Assembly (NCBI GenBank): GCA_037447605.1
Contig: CM074810.1
Coordinates: forward strand, 3,010,880-3,074,879
DNA: 64,000 bases
Direction of reading: 5' to 3'
From: Zygnema circumcarinatum SAG 698-1b
Taxonomy: Eukaryota; Plantae; Zygnematophyceae
Part shown: one piece after another, positions 20,556-35,600 of the stretch
Layout: each line of letters opens with the position of its first letter
Position numbering within the stretch: the stretch's first letter is position 1
Notes under the pieces: generated by a model
What the model was told of the DNA's origin: nothing
The model's input: the letters and a program-made list of their open reading frames with translations, nothing else
Database searches by the model: none
Translations under genes and position numbers: made by a program

Positions 20556-21311
20556 GGGGGCGACTATTTACAGTGTACTTTATTCTGAATGTAGTGTACG
20601 ATTTCACCGGGCAGCAAAAAAAGGTTTTTTTGGCGAAAAATGCTGTTTCACACTTTTCAGAATAGATACAGACCTTTTTTCGTCGGATGTACGGATGGTG
20701 ATTTGAAATGTACGAAGCGCGCGCGTCTACAAGGTGTAAGGGCGCAACACGTGGAGCGACATGATTGGTCGCGGCAACATATGACGTGGCAAGTATGTTT
20801 GGGACCGTGACGTGACGAAAAGAGACGCGACAAAAGTGGAGTCCGTGGACGGCTGTCGGAAATGGCGGGAATTAAAACTGACAGAAAATGATAGGGCACA
20901 TAACGTAGTGTGTTTCAGNNNNNNNNNNTAAAACTGACAGATTTTTCCTGAAACACACTACGTTATGTGCCCTATCATTTTCTGTCAGTTTTAATTCCCG
21001 CCATTTCCGACAGCCGTCCACGGACTCCACTTTTGTCGCGTCTCTTTTCGTCACGTCACGGTCCCAAACATACTTGCCACGTCATATGTTGCCGCGACCA
21101 ATCATGTCGCTCCACGTGTTGCGCCCTTATACCTTGTAGACGCGCGCGCTTCGTACATTTCAAATCACCATCCGTACATCCGACGAAAAAAGGTCTGTAT
21201 CTATTCTGAAAAGTGTGAAACAGCATTTTTCGCCAAAAAAAACGTTTTTTTGTTGCCCGGCGAAATCGTACACTACATTCAGAATAAAGTACACTGTAAA
21301 TAGTCCCCCCC
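20556..21311. mobile_element. Foldback/MITE family B, TIRs >350 bp starting GGGGG(C/G)GACTATTTACAGTG, perfect 8-bp TSD TTTGCAAA, 10-N gap in the centre
   Basis: TSD at 20548-20555 and 21312-21319. The arms are near-identical inverted copies with a few substitutions. Removing the element restores the 5S-downstream consensus (CATTCAAA..TTTG..AATCGCA.ATGTTATGGCT). Confidence 0.9.
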
Positions 21312-21752
21312 TTTGCAAATCGCATATGTTATGGCTACTGGGCATCGCCTAACACCTGTGCGCGTACGAAAATAGCCGGTACACCGGAAAATGGAGAGTT
21401 TTTGCGTGTATCTATGTGTTCCAATCGGGCACTTTTAAAAAACTTTGGCGAGGGAAGGGCACATCATGTGGCTTTAGGCGGCTATTGAGCGCGTTTTGTG
21501 TGTGAATATGATGCTAGGGTTAGGGTTTAAGGTCTAGGGGTTTAGGGTTTCGGGTTTAGGGTCTAGAGTGCGTGTGGGTGCACGTATTACCGAGGATGTA
21601 GATAACAACACAGCATAAACCTTTACATGAAAGGGTGTGTACATCTCGAATCTCTGACAATATGCAAAGTACAAACTCTAAAACAACCCTAAGAAAACCC
21701 TCCTAAGTATCCTAAAACCCTTTGAACCTAAACCCCACGTTCTCCTTAAACC

Positions 21753-24739
<2,987 letters not shown>

Positions 24740-24751
24740 GGCCGCCCCCTC

Positions 24752-24910
24752 CCCTGAACCCTAAAAGTTGCCCCTTAAACCCTGCACAGGGCTGGCTTCC
24801 AACCTTCAACCTCAAGGATCCCTGAACCCTAAAAGTTGCCCCTTAAACCCTGCACAGGGCTGGCTCCAACCTTCACCCTCAACGCTCCCTGAACCCTAAA
24901 TGTCGCCCTA
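24752..24910. repeat. ~68-bp tandem repeat (2.3 copies) with telo-box-like AACCCTAAA immediately 5' of the RRP4 start
   Basis: ccctgaaccctaaaagttgccccttaaaccctgcacagggctggc... units start at 24752, 24820 and 24887. Confidence 0.85.
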
Positions 24911-24944
24911 AAGGGCAGGCCTTCGGAGTTCGGACAACCAAACA

Positions 24945-25295
24945 AGCCATTCGGATGGTCGCGAACCATTAGTTTCGCGACCAACCAAACATTGGTAATA
25001 TTAATATTTGCAACGATTGGATTCTATGGTTGCCAACCATTCGTATGGTTGAGGATCATTGGCTCGGACGCAGGCAATCGTTGCCAATAATGGTCGCTAC
25101 CATTGTTGGTCGAAGGCTGGCCAAAAAAACCCATTCAATGGTTGGCGAACCATTCCTACCAATGGTTGCCAATGGTTGCCCTTGCAATGGTAGGTCAACG
25201 ATTCCTATTCAATGGTTAGCCTCTTGTTGCCCAACCATTCCCCTCCAATGGTTGGCTTCTGGTTGCCAATGCAATGGTTGGCCAACCATTCCCAT
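24945..25295. repeat. Isolated patch of the CAATGGTT/AACCATT satellite in the RRP4-SPL2 divergent intergenic region
   Basis: Same motif family as 18700-20285, more diverged, with no 5S attached. Confidence 0.7.
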
Positions 25296-26078
25296 CCATC
25301 CCCAGCCAGTTCCGCACATCCTGTCTAGTCACGTCTCGTCACGTCCTGTCACGTTATATCACGTCAAGCTGTTGTTACAGCGCTGAACGGAACTGAACGC
25401 AAACGGCGCAGTCCCGTCACCGTCCTGAGGAGTCCTCCAATGGTGTTACGCCACGTGGCTCGCCAACATTGGATTGAGACGAGGTGGTCGGTCGAAAGGG
25501 ACGCTGAAAACAAGTACTCTTCAAAACCCAGATTGCGATGTACTTTGTGTACTCATTGCGGTTTGTGATTTCGATCTCAAGTACTGTAGAACATTTGGGC
25601 GGTCCAAGGGTCGACCTTCCTCACTGCGAGATTTTGCGCAAAACAGTCAACTTCTAATCCAAAGGTACCGTATCGCAGGCTGAGGTCGCGGGTTCGAGCC
25701 TCGAGGCGCGCACTCCTCAGTACTGTACGCGGCCGGGACCATGCCCCCTTTCCTTCACTTCCCCCGCGCCCACTGCTCGATTGTCGCTGCACTTACTGTC
25801 TTACTACTACGAGTCTACGATACCATTCTCCCCCTCCCTCCCCTTTCCCTCCTCTCTACCCTCATCCCCTTCTCCTATCTCTCTCCCCCTCCCTCTGCCC
25901 CCCCCCCCTTCCCCTCCCACTCCACTATTGCTAGAATCTCGTCAATCATTTCTCCCTCGCCCTCGCCCTCGCCCTCTCCCTCTCCCTCTCCCTCTCCCTC
26001 TCCCTCTCCCTCTCCCTCTCCCGCTTCCTTTGCCTCTCCCTCTCCCGCTTCCTTTTCCTCTCCCATCTCTCTCCCCTC

Positions 26079-28495
26079 ATGGACGACGAGCTCCAGACGC
26101 TCATCCGCATTGCCCTCGCTCAGGACGGCCTCTTTTTCGGCCTGCTATCCGCATTCCTCGCAGCGAAGGCGTGGGTGTGCTACCGCTCCAACGCCCACGC
26201 TCTCTCCCAACTCAAAAGAACTCCTTCCACCGAAATTTCTGACCTTCCAAAGCTTTTGAACAGTCCTGCAAACTCTTCAGGGGCAAGACAGGGCTCTCTG
26301 CAGGAGCCTTCGCCTGCAGGAGATGCAGCCGCAAACCCTAACCTTAACTCTAAATCCTTAAATTCCAAACCTTCAAATGGAGGAAACACTTCTTCCTCTT
26401 GGAGAGGAGCTCTTTTGGGCACTCCACAGATATTTTCTTCAGAAAAGAACGCTGTTTCAGACCTTGGAAGCAGAATGATGTTAAGGAATATTGCAGGAGT
26501 TCCGACTCCTGCTTCCGAATTGGGACCTGGAAATCAGCAAAGTCCAGGGAATGCTTTTTCACTTTCCCGGCGTTGGACGTTTCCAAATTGGAGTATTTTG
26601 AAGGAGTGGAGGGCCTCAGGGAGGCGGAGAGGTATAGAGAGGAAGAAGGAGCAGCAGCAGTTGGTTGTTGTGCGCGGAAAAGTGCAGCCCATGGATTTGG
26701 AAAAACCGAAATCGCATGCGGAGGGATTGAAATCGGAGCATTGCACGGAAAGAGGCGTGTATGTCGAGAAATCGCAAACTGTGAGTATAGCTTTTGGCAT
26801 TTTTTTTTTCTTGGTTCGTGTTTGTTTGTTTGTTTGCTTGCTTGTTGCTGTAGTTTGTTGTCTATTTTGTTTGACAATGTTTGGCAGTGTCGGATAAACA
26901 GTTTATTTTTGCTTGTTAGAGGAATCAAATGCTTTGTTGATTACTATTTGGTCGTCTGAAACTGTTATGTGCATTTCACCAGGAATGCATGACTGGTGTG
27001 TCAGGATGTGGCATCAATTGAAGTTGGTTTCTGGTGTTTTAGGGCGAGAGAGAGATGGAAAGGGCGGGAGGGAGAGCGCGCGCGAGAGAGAGAGGAGGGA
27101 GTGGGCGACAGAATGGTAGAGGGAAAGAGAGAGTGAGAAAGAGATAGACAGTGAGAGAGAGTGTGAGAGAAGAAGAGGGTGATGAGAGTGTGTAGGAGAG
27201 AGGGGGGAGGGGGAGTGAGGAGAGCGAGGGAGAGTGTGTGTGAGAGAGAGAGGGGGAAGGGGGGAAGGGGGGAGGTAGGGAGGTGGAGAGAGGGAGACAG
27301 AGAGAGCGAGGGAGGGAGAGGGAGAGGGGGAGAGAGAGAGAGAGTGAGGGAGAGAGAGAGGGAGAGCGAGACCCATAGTGGAGTGTTTTGCAAGTTCACA
27401 TACTAAGACATGCCGATTTAGGGCGCACATTCAGTACGTGTACGCGGAGAAGCGCGGCCTGTTCGGGTGGATGACGCAAAAGGAGCAGGTCAGCGTCACC
27501 AAGACGTCAGTAAGTGTTGGCTTTATCGGACATCTTGGAAGGCTGTTTGCATAGAGACTGGGGTGTGCCCAGAGAGAGAGAGAGAAAGGTGTGCCTATTT
27601 TCCTGCTTTTGAATTGCCTTTCAAGCACTCGGATTCGCTGAAAAGCGACAAGTTGTTCCTCCTTTGAAAACTTTCTCTTTAATTTGAAAGACCCTTTCTC
27701 CCTCTCTCTCTCTCTCTCGTTCTCCTCCCTTCTATATCCTCCATTGTGCGCTTATTTTCTGTTGTCACGTTTTACTCCCCCTACAGGTCCCCTTCGTCTT
27801 AGCTGAGAACAAGTGGCCGGTGGGCCATGTTGTACGGGTTTACATGGAGGGCTCTCGCCATTCCGTTCCGTTACAGTGCGTTTATTCGCACATGAATCCT
27901 GCGGAGCCGTCGTGGAACAGAACAGCGCTGCATGCGTTGTTTGGACATCGTCTTCCGGTACGTGCCGTCTTCTGATTGGTCCTTTGCCCTATGATTTAAA
28001 GTGGGTTTTAGGGGTTTTAGGGTTTTTAGGGTTTTTAGAGTTTTTAGGGTTTTAGGGTTTTTAGGGTTTTAAGGATTTTTAGGGTTTTTAGGGTTTTCAG
28101 GGTTGTCTTAGAATGTTTGGATTTTGGGTTGGGGTTGTGAGAGAGTTTTGAGTCTTGCTGTTGTCATGGAGCTCTCAGTTACAGTTTAACAGTTACAGTT
28201 ATGGGCACGGACCGTTAACGTTACTGGCACAGCTATGTAGCTTTTGTGTAAAGAGAGGGGTATGAGAATGAGTACTAGTGGTTTCGGGGAAAGTGATGAT
28301 TTTCTGCTCTTTCACATCCAACAGGTGGGTTTTTTTTTCTTTTGCTTCAGTCACAACGGAAACGACGTCTTGCGTAGATAAATTATCACGTAGTTGCAGT
28401 GGAGAGTGGAATACGAGAGGGGAAAATGATAAGGAAAGAGCGAGAGATAGACGGAGTGGCGGAGCGAGTGGGGAGGATTAAGGAGAGCGGTGAAG

Positions 28496-28544
<49 letters not shown>

Positions 28545-30267
28545 AAATTTTCTTTTCTGTTTTTTGTATTACAGGTAGGACTTATACATGAGGAGAAAAT
28601 TTTGAAAGTAGGAACAGACATTACCGCCGTCGGGCATTTGGACCGAACTCCGGAAGGACTGCCGATAATCCGGGCAGCAAAAAATATGCCCCTCTTCATG
28701 TAAGTTTTGCATACTCATCGCTTCAGATTTTCACAAAAAATGGTTTTCCTTCGCATTATTGTGACAAGGATTTAGAGCCTTCTTTATGCAAAATGGAGAA
28801 CAGCATTCTGTACTAGATAGATATTATATAGTATAATATAAATATACCCTATGTTGAGGTTTTCCACCATCATGTTATATGGATCGGTAACGTATACTAG
28901 TTGATTATAGCTGGTCATAATTGATCGATAAGTCCACTGTTATTTCATCGTAATTGATCTATTGAGTGTAACTGATAGTAATTGAATGTAATTCATCGAT
29001 AACTGATTGTAATCGATTACAATTGATCGATCGATAATATCGATTCCAATTTCATCGCAAGATTGATTCTGTTGTGCAGGACGGGCCTAACCCGCGAGGA
29101 GATAATCGGCCACGTGGCGCAGAATTGCCGGCTGCTCTTTTGGGGGAGTGTGGCGGTAACCACTGTAGCTGTGGGCGTAATCTCATATTCGTGCTTCAAG
29201 TGAGAGCCTCCCTCTCCCTCCCATTTGTTGTTTGTGTCTCTCACCACATTGACTTCGCATTCTGCATATAAATGTTATATAGAGGGGTTTTTAGGGTTAC
29301 ATATAGGGTTATGTAGGGACGTGCTTTAGAAACCCTAAAAGCCCACAAGACCGTTTGCTCGTGTGAGATTCTTTGCGTTTCAGGTGTGTGGGGACCCTGA
29401 AGGTTTCTGAGTGTTTTTAGGGTAATGATTTTTTGTTCCTTTTTTCATACGACTGCGGCTCCTTTTATGATGAAGTAAATTAATTGCTGCATCGCTTAAT
29501 GCGATAACAGCAGATTCACTGAATGCAATGTTGACCAGATTCACGGAATGCGATGTTGACCAGATTCATTGAATGGAATGTTGACCAGATTCACTGAATG
29601 GAATGTTGATCAGATTCACTGAATGCGATGTTGACCAGATTCACTGAATGCACGTAGACCAGATTCACTGTATCTTTACCCTCCCACAACGGCCTTCCCT
29701 TATTTTCCAAACCGTTCCAACTCTTGTCTATGTCCTCTACACTCTCACTCCTCCTTCCATCCCAAAACATCCATACACCACCTTCTCTATGCAGAGTAAT
29801 CTCTCACCCTTAGTTCTCTCGGACTGCCCAACATACATCAACACAGTATCATTCAAAAACAAACCTACTCCACATTCACCCCTCCCTTTCCTCCTCATTA
29901 CCTCCTTACTCACTCCCTACTTACTCCTTCTCCACTTCTTACCTACCTCCTTCCCAGAAACTGGCGAAGATGGAAAGACGAATTCCAAAGGGCTCGCCGA
30001 AACAATAGCGCTTCTGCCGCCCGTCTCCGTAACGCCGCCGCCCTTGTGGACGAAGAGGAGGGGGAGAGGGGGGAGGATGGTGCCCCTCCCCGCGACGGAG
30101 AGCTCTGTGTGGTGTGCCTAACGCGGCGGCGGAGGGCGGTGTTCGTGCACTGCGGGCACAGGGTTTGCTGCGCTTCCTGCGCGCGCTGCATACAGGAGAG
30201 CGCTACGCCGCGCTGCCCCATTTGTAGGGAGGAGGTGGCCTCCGTGTATCGCGTGTTTGATTCGTGA
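26079..30267 (+). CDS. SPL2: SP1-like RING E3 ubiquitin ligase SPL2 (TM - GIDE - TM - C3HC4 RING), 6 exons
   Basis: Exons 26079-26780, 27435-27509, 27787-27957, 28575-28699, 29081-29199, 29957-30267 in frame: LIRIALAQDGLFFG..., LVVVRGKV, VPFVL, GLIHEEKILKVGTDITAVG, LFWGSVAV..., LCVVCLTRRRRAVFVHCGHRVCCASCA...PRCPICREEVASVYRVFDS*. Confidence 0.9.
28005..28100. repeat. T4-5AGGG telomere-like tract in SPL2 intron 3
   Basis: gttttaggggttttagggtttttagggttttt... Confidence 0.85.
29508..29670. repeat. 25-bp minisatellite TTGACCAGATTCACTGAATG(C/G)(G/A)ATG, ~6.5 copies, SPL2 intron 5
   Basis: Contiguous units without spacers. Confidence 0.9.
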
Positions 30268-32644
30268 GGGAGGAGGGGGTGGGGAGGAGGGAGGAGGGGG
30301 GAGGGAGGGGGGAGGGAGAGGGAGGGGGAGGGGGAGGGGGAGGGGGAGGGGGAGGCGGAGGGAGGGAGGAGGGGGAGGGGGAGGGGGAGGGAGGGGGGGA
30401 GGGAGGAGGGGGAGGGGGAGGGGGAGGGGGAGGGGGAGGGGAGGGAGGAGGGGGAGGGGGAGTAGGGAGGGGGAGGGGGAGGGGGAGGGGGGGAAGGGGA
30501 GAGAGGGAGAGAGGAAGGGAGAGAGATGGACCTAAAAGCAGTGGTTGAGGGTCCGTGATTGGGTAATGCCAAGGAGGGAGGGAGAAGTGGGAGGGAGTGA
30601 GGGAAGGGAGGAAGGGAAGAGAAGGAAATCAGAGACGGGATGGATAGAAGAGGAGGGATCTAGAGACGGGAGGGAGTAAAGCGAAGGTACAGAAGTGCGA
30701 GTAACGAGGAGGAAGGCAGGGAAAGAAGGGAGGAAAGTGAAGGGAGGGAGGAAAGGAGGAGAACTGCACGAAGGAGAAGGGAGGGCCGGCATTCACATAA
30801 TGCGGGAAGTGGCCTGAAGGCGGTGTGAGGGAGATGTATGTAGTAGGGGAGGTATGAGAGTGTGTGAGGGAGGAGATAACGTAGAAAAGAGAGTGCTTTT
30901 AGGGAGAGGCAGGAACCTCAAGAAGGAGGTCGGTTTGTTATATTCATGGTGTAAATTCTGATGTAAGTTAACGATGAAATAGGGAATACTCCTAATGGCT
31001 AGTTTTGTAAATACATTAAGTTCCCTTCGCGAGTACAGTAGTACTGATATTCTATGTTGTAGGCTCTGCTGTTCCTACGTGATAAGTCCGGCTCCGCTTC
31101 TCCGTTTCTCTCCATTTGCAAACCTAAAGTTGATTTCGGAGGCAGTGTAGTAGAGACGGAGTGTCGTTCAGCTGTTGCTTTTTAGGGTTCAGGGTTTGTA
31201 GGGTTTTAGAGTTTTGGGATGTCGGCTACGAGGGAGCTGAGAAGAGGAGTATTCCATTTCACTGCAAAGCGATGGCACGGCCACGCGTCCTCGTAACTCG
31301 TTGAGCTCACGAAAGGAGAGCTTAAAGTTAGTGCCAGATGCAGCTTCGGACCGGTGTGGAACTGATGTTATGTGGGACCATGCCTGTATTCCATGGATGC
31401 ATGCATGAGTGTAGCCGCATGTGTGGCATGGCATGGCATGGCCGATTGGCTGTAAGTGCCTATGTGCTGATGGGACATGTCACTGGTGGCATTCACGGTC
31501 AGGAGGGACATCCTGCACGTGCGAAATCCAACGGTCAGGAGAATTCTCCGGCACATGTATGTCACTACACTGCATCTGGCTTGCTAAGTCGCAGTCATAA
31601 GTAATCCGCGATTGAGCTGCTGCAGTTTAGCGGGAAGGGAAACCCTACAGCGCTTTCAGTGACAAGTCTAAAGGGAGTTTCTTAGGATTCAAAGCCAGAG
31701 TTCAATTTTTTACGTTCCTGGTCAATTGAGAAATCGTTGGTAGTGGTAAGCGTTCACAACTTCGCAGTCAATCTGTGTACCACTTTTCACATATAGACCA
31801 TTCTCCTTTTGTTGTTTTTCTTAATAATCTTAGTTGAATGAAGCCAAAAACCTTTCACGTTTCAGAAACCGTACTCTCTACGGTAAAAAACCCCTGCGCA
31901 GAATGGAATCGTATTACCAGTGAGGGCTACAATCTGAATAGAGCATATACTGAAGAGGAAATTCATGCATTACGATCCTGAACCCTTTTTGCCTACTGGA
32001 GGGGTTTTAGACTGAGAGCTGAGGAGTGCCCCAACCGGCCTGAGGCTCCCAGCACAACGAAATCACACGGATATCTCATGTGATGTGATCACATGGAGAT
32101 GCGCATCATTTCGGGAGTACCTGAGAGAAGCACCACGCAAACACGGCTCTAAGCAGGCGCAACAGCGGACTCCTTTTTTACAGAGGAAGAATATAAGAAA
32201 TCTGCTGAGACCCTACAACTCACATGCACCTCCATGAGCAGGAGTGAATGTCAACGTGTAAACGAGGTGAGTCAAACCGCTGTAGAGACGAGACATATTA
32301 TAGTGTTTAATAGGGGAAGGAACCATCTGATAGGGTTTTAGGGTTTCTAAGAACGAATACCCGTGCTTCCAACACGAATGCACCAAGTGCACACCAAAAG
32401 TCCAACACAACATAAAGACTGAGGGGAAAAGAGTGCGAGCGAGAGAGAGACAGGGAGGGGAGAGAGAGCGAGAGTCAGAGAGAGAGAGAACAACACAAAA
32501 TTAAACCATCAAAAGAACCTTACAATCTCCACAATCAGACTCCTTCGCTCTGCCTAAGCAGCAGAGCAGACTTCGCAGTCAGCTTCAACACAATATTCGT
32601 ATGGAACGGAGTCATCAAAAGGGGAGACATTAAGAGTCCCGCCT

Positions 32645-35600
32645 TCAGTCTTCCTCCTTACCGAACTCCTTGGTGTTGGTGGGGCTTCTGGGGAGGAAGG
32701 ATGACAAAACGTTGACGCGGATGGTGAACTCATCCAGCTTCCCCTGACTCACTTTCTGCCAACCCACACCATTTCAGCAGGACTAACCACTTAGAGAAGG
32801 AGGAAGATTGCGAGGGACTAAGAAGCGAATGGAGAGAGGAGGTGGTTAGTAGGAGGGAGGGAAAAGTGGCAGAGGAAGGTGAGAGAGAAGGATGGGGTTG
32901 GTGTGGGCGGGGAGGAGGTAGGGTGCACTGGGAGGGAGGAAAGCGAAGGAGAGAGAGGGCAGAGGAGGAGGAGGGGGTTAATGTGGGCAAGGTGGGGAGG
33001 GTGAACTGGGAGGGAGGAAAGAGTGGGAAGGGGAGGGGGGGTGAGCGAGGAGGGGGTTGGGGGGCCGGAGTGGAGAGGGCTGGTGGGGTTGGAGAGGGGG
33101 GAGGTTTGAACTGGGAGAGAGAGAAGAGTGGGGAAAGGGAGGGGGAGGGAGGCGGGGGCTGGTGTAAGTGGGGACGGGAGGGTGGGGGAGAGAGAGGGTG
33201 CCTTAGATCCTAGCATGGAAAGACAGTCGAAGAGATTTGAGACCCTCACCACTGCACGTTGGAAAGCATGGGATGAGAAGCACAGAGGTCTCGCTTACAT
33301 CTACGAGTGCCTGAAAATATTGTAAGGACATACTGAAAGCCCCTCTAAGATCAGGAGGCAGGCAGGGCAAAAAAAAGAGAGGGCTCTCACCCCTGCCATC
33401 ATGCGTTGTAGCCGGGCAGTCTCCTTCTGGGGATAATCGTCTCCCTTCTCATTGATCGATTTCACCACCTTTGCATACTGTGCGGCACTCCTGCATTCGC
33501 AGGTGTCCAAAAGTAACGATGAATACACGAGTCAAGAATATCATAGACCTACAAGATAATAAATGGAGTCGCTTCCAAGAGAGTTTCTTAATCCCAAATG
33601 CCAAGGAAAAACGCAGTCCAGAGGTCAATAACCAGCTTGTTTGTCTCCTTTAGCAGTTATATGTACTCAGATAGTCATATAAACACTGCATATAGAGGTC
33701 TTAGCTGCACCTTTTCAGTAACACGATAAACGGGTGCAATTTTACTCTCCTTGCTCTCCCTCCGAACCCTTTCTAACTCTTTCCATAGGCAACAAGGATC
33801 TGGAGGTCGCAGATAACTATAAAATATCTATTTTTCTGCTAAAGAGGATTTGCTCTCACAGCCCTCGCCCTCTTCCCCCACCTCCCCCCCCGCCCCCACC
33901 ACCACCACCGTTTCCCACCCCGCTGATCCAGTCCCTCACAAACCAAGATTCTGAATTTGAAAAAAAAAGTCCGTCCAAACCCTTCTCTTTCGCCCCCTTC
34001 GCTCTTTCTGCTATTCCCTTCCTTTTCTCCCTAAATTCCTCTCCACCCTCTATCATTCACTCACTTCACGGTGGAAGCCGCCACAGCCTCCGCAATCTTT
34101 GCAACAACAGCATCGCGAGCCTCCCCTGATGCTTTCAAGAACTCCTCCGCCAGTTCATCCAATACTGAAATTTTGCCCGCCTGCATTGAAAGAGAGAGTG
34201 CGAGAGTGAGCGTCGAACTGTCACCAAAACGCTCGAAGTCTACGTTTATTAACACAACCTACGCCCACTTGAAGGTTGACTTCCCAGGGCATACCTGTCC
34301 ATTCAAGCTGCCGCTGGTGGAGCGGAAGGTCCCGGCCTGTTCATTCACAAAGTCCACAAGGCCGCTCAAAGAACGATCGCCTTCAAAATTTTCGGCGACC
34401 TCGCTTCCTGGAACAAAGTACTTGATGGTAGGGAATCCTTCAACTCCATATCTGCTCAGAATTTCGAAAAAAAAAAACTTTCTTTTTGAGTAAAACATTC
34501 TACAAAATGGTTAACATTCTCATTAGCTGACTTAACAGAGGTGCTGATAACTTTGAGGAGTCTCTTGCAGGCGAGTGAAAACAGACACGGAAACAACAAG
34601 GACATATGCTTTATGAAGCATTGTAACAGCTGCAAGGGCGATCACATATATAAAGCGGGAAAATAAAGGGCGTCAGTGTACACATGTTCCCTAAGTCACC
34701 CTGTTCATTACTCTCACGAATCTAACTCTACTTCAGGCCCACACATCCCGTTACAGCACATCACGTTGTCATCATCTCACATCATACTACACTCACATGT
34801 CTGTAACAATCTTTGAAATTAATTAAGAAAACCGCACAAAACATCATTACCGTAATATATGGTGACTTACCTCTCACCCAGACTCCTGTGGCTGTCAGCA
34901 TCACACTTCGCAATCACCACATTCTTCTCCGCCTTGAAAGCAGTAGCTAGCTTCTCGTAGACCTGCAAGAACCGACAAAGAAGGGGGTAGGCAATTAGAT
35001 CAGCTCATTGAATTTTGGTCCCCCTGAAACAACTTCATTTATGAGCAAATGAAGGTAGGTTGTTAAACGTATCTAGTAATAGTCATTACATTATATGTTA
35101 TGCATTACATTATATTAATATACAGACAATGTTTAATATGAAATGGGAAGGGAAGGCCAGAGATAGGGAAAGAAAGGAAAAGAAAAGTGAGAAAGAGGAA
35201 CATAAGCAGGTGACCACATCACTCATGAACATTTAACTAAAAGTTTCACTTGAATCATTCAAATTTCACAATTTCAATTTAATTATCCTCCAGTGCTCAG
35301 TGATGAATTGCATCCTTACCGGAGCCAAGCTCTTGCAATGCCCGCACCTGCACAAAGCCTCCCCCCCGCCCAACAATAACTTGCTGCTGTCAGTAATAGT
35401 CATCATCACTGACGATAGCTAGCAGAAGAACGAGAAAACCAGAAAAGAAATGAATTAGAATTGACCAATTAAAAATTCTCATCCTCCTGCGTGCCAAAAA
35501 CTCATCAGAAATTCAAGAGCTCTTCAAGCAAAGCCCAACCAGCATACTAATTTCCAAAAGGGCTGTTTCCACCCTCCTTACCAGGGGGCATAGAATTCAA

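Noticed and set aside
29508-29670. CRISPR-like array (25-bp repeats)
   Set aside because: Units are contiguous with no unique spacers; it is a eukaryotic intron with no cas genes.
32070-32102. Small hairpin ATCTCATGTGA...TCACATGGAGAT as an ncRNA or C/D snoRNA
   Set aside because: Only an ~11-bp stem, and no canonical C box (RTGATGA) with a matching terminal stem.
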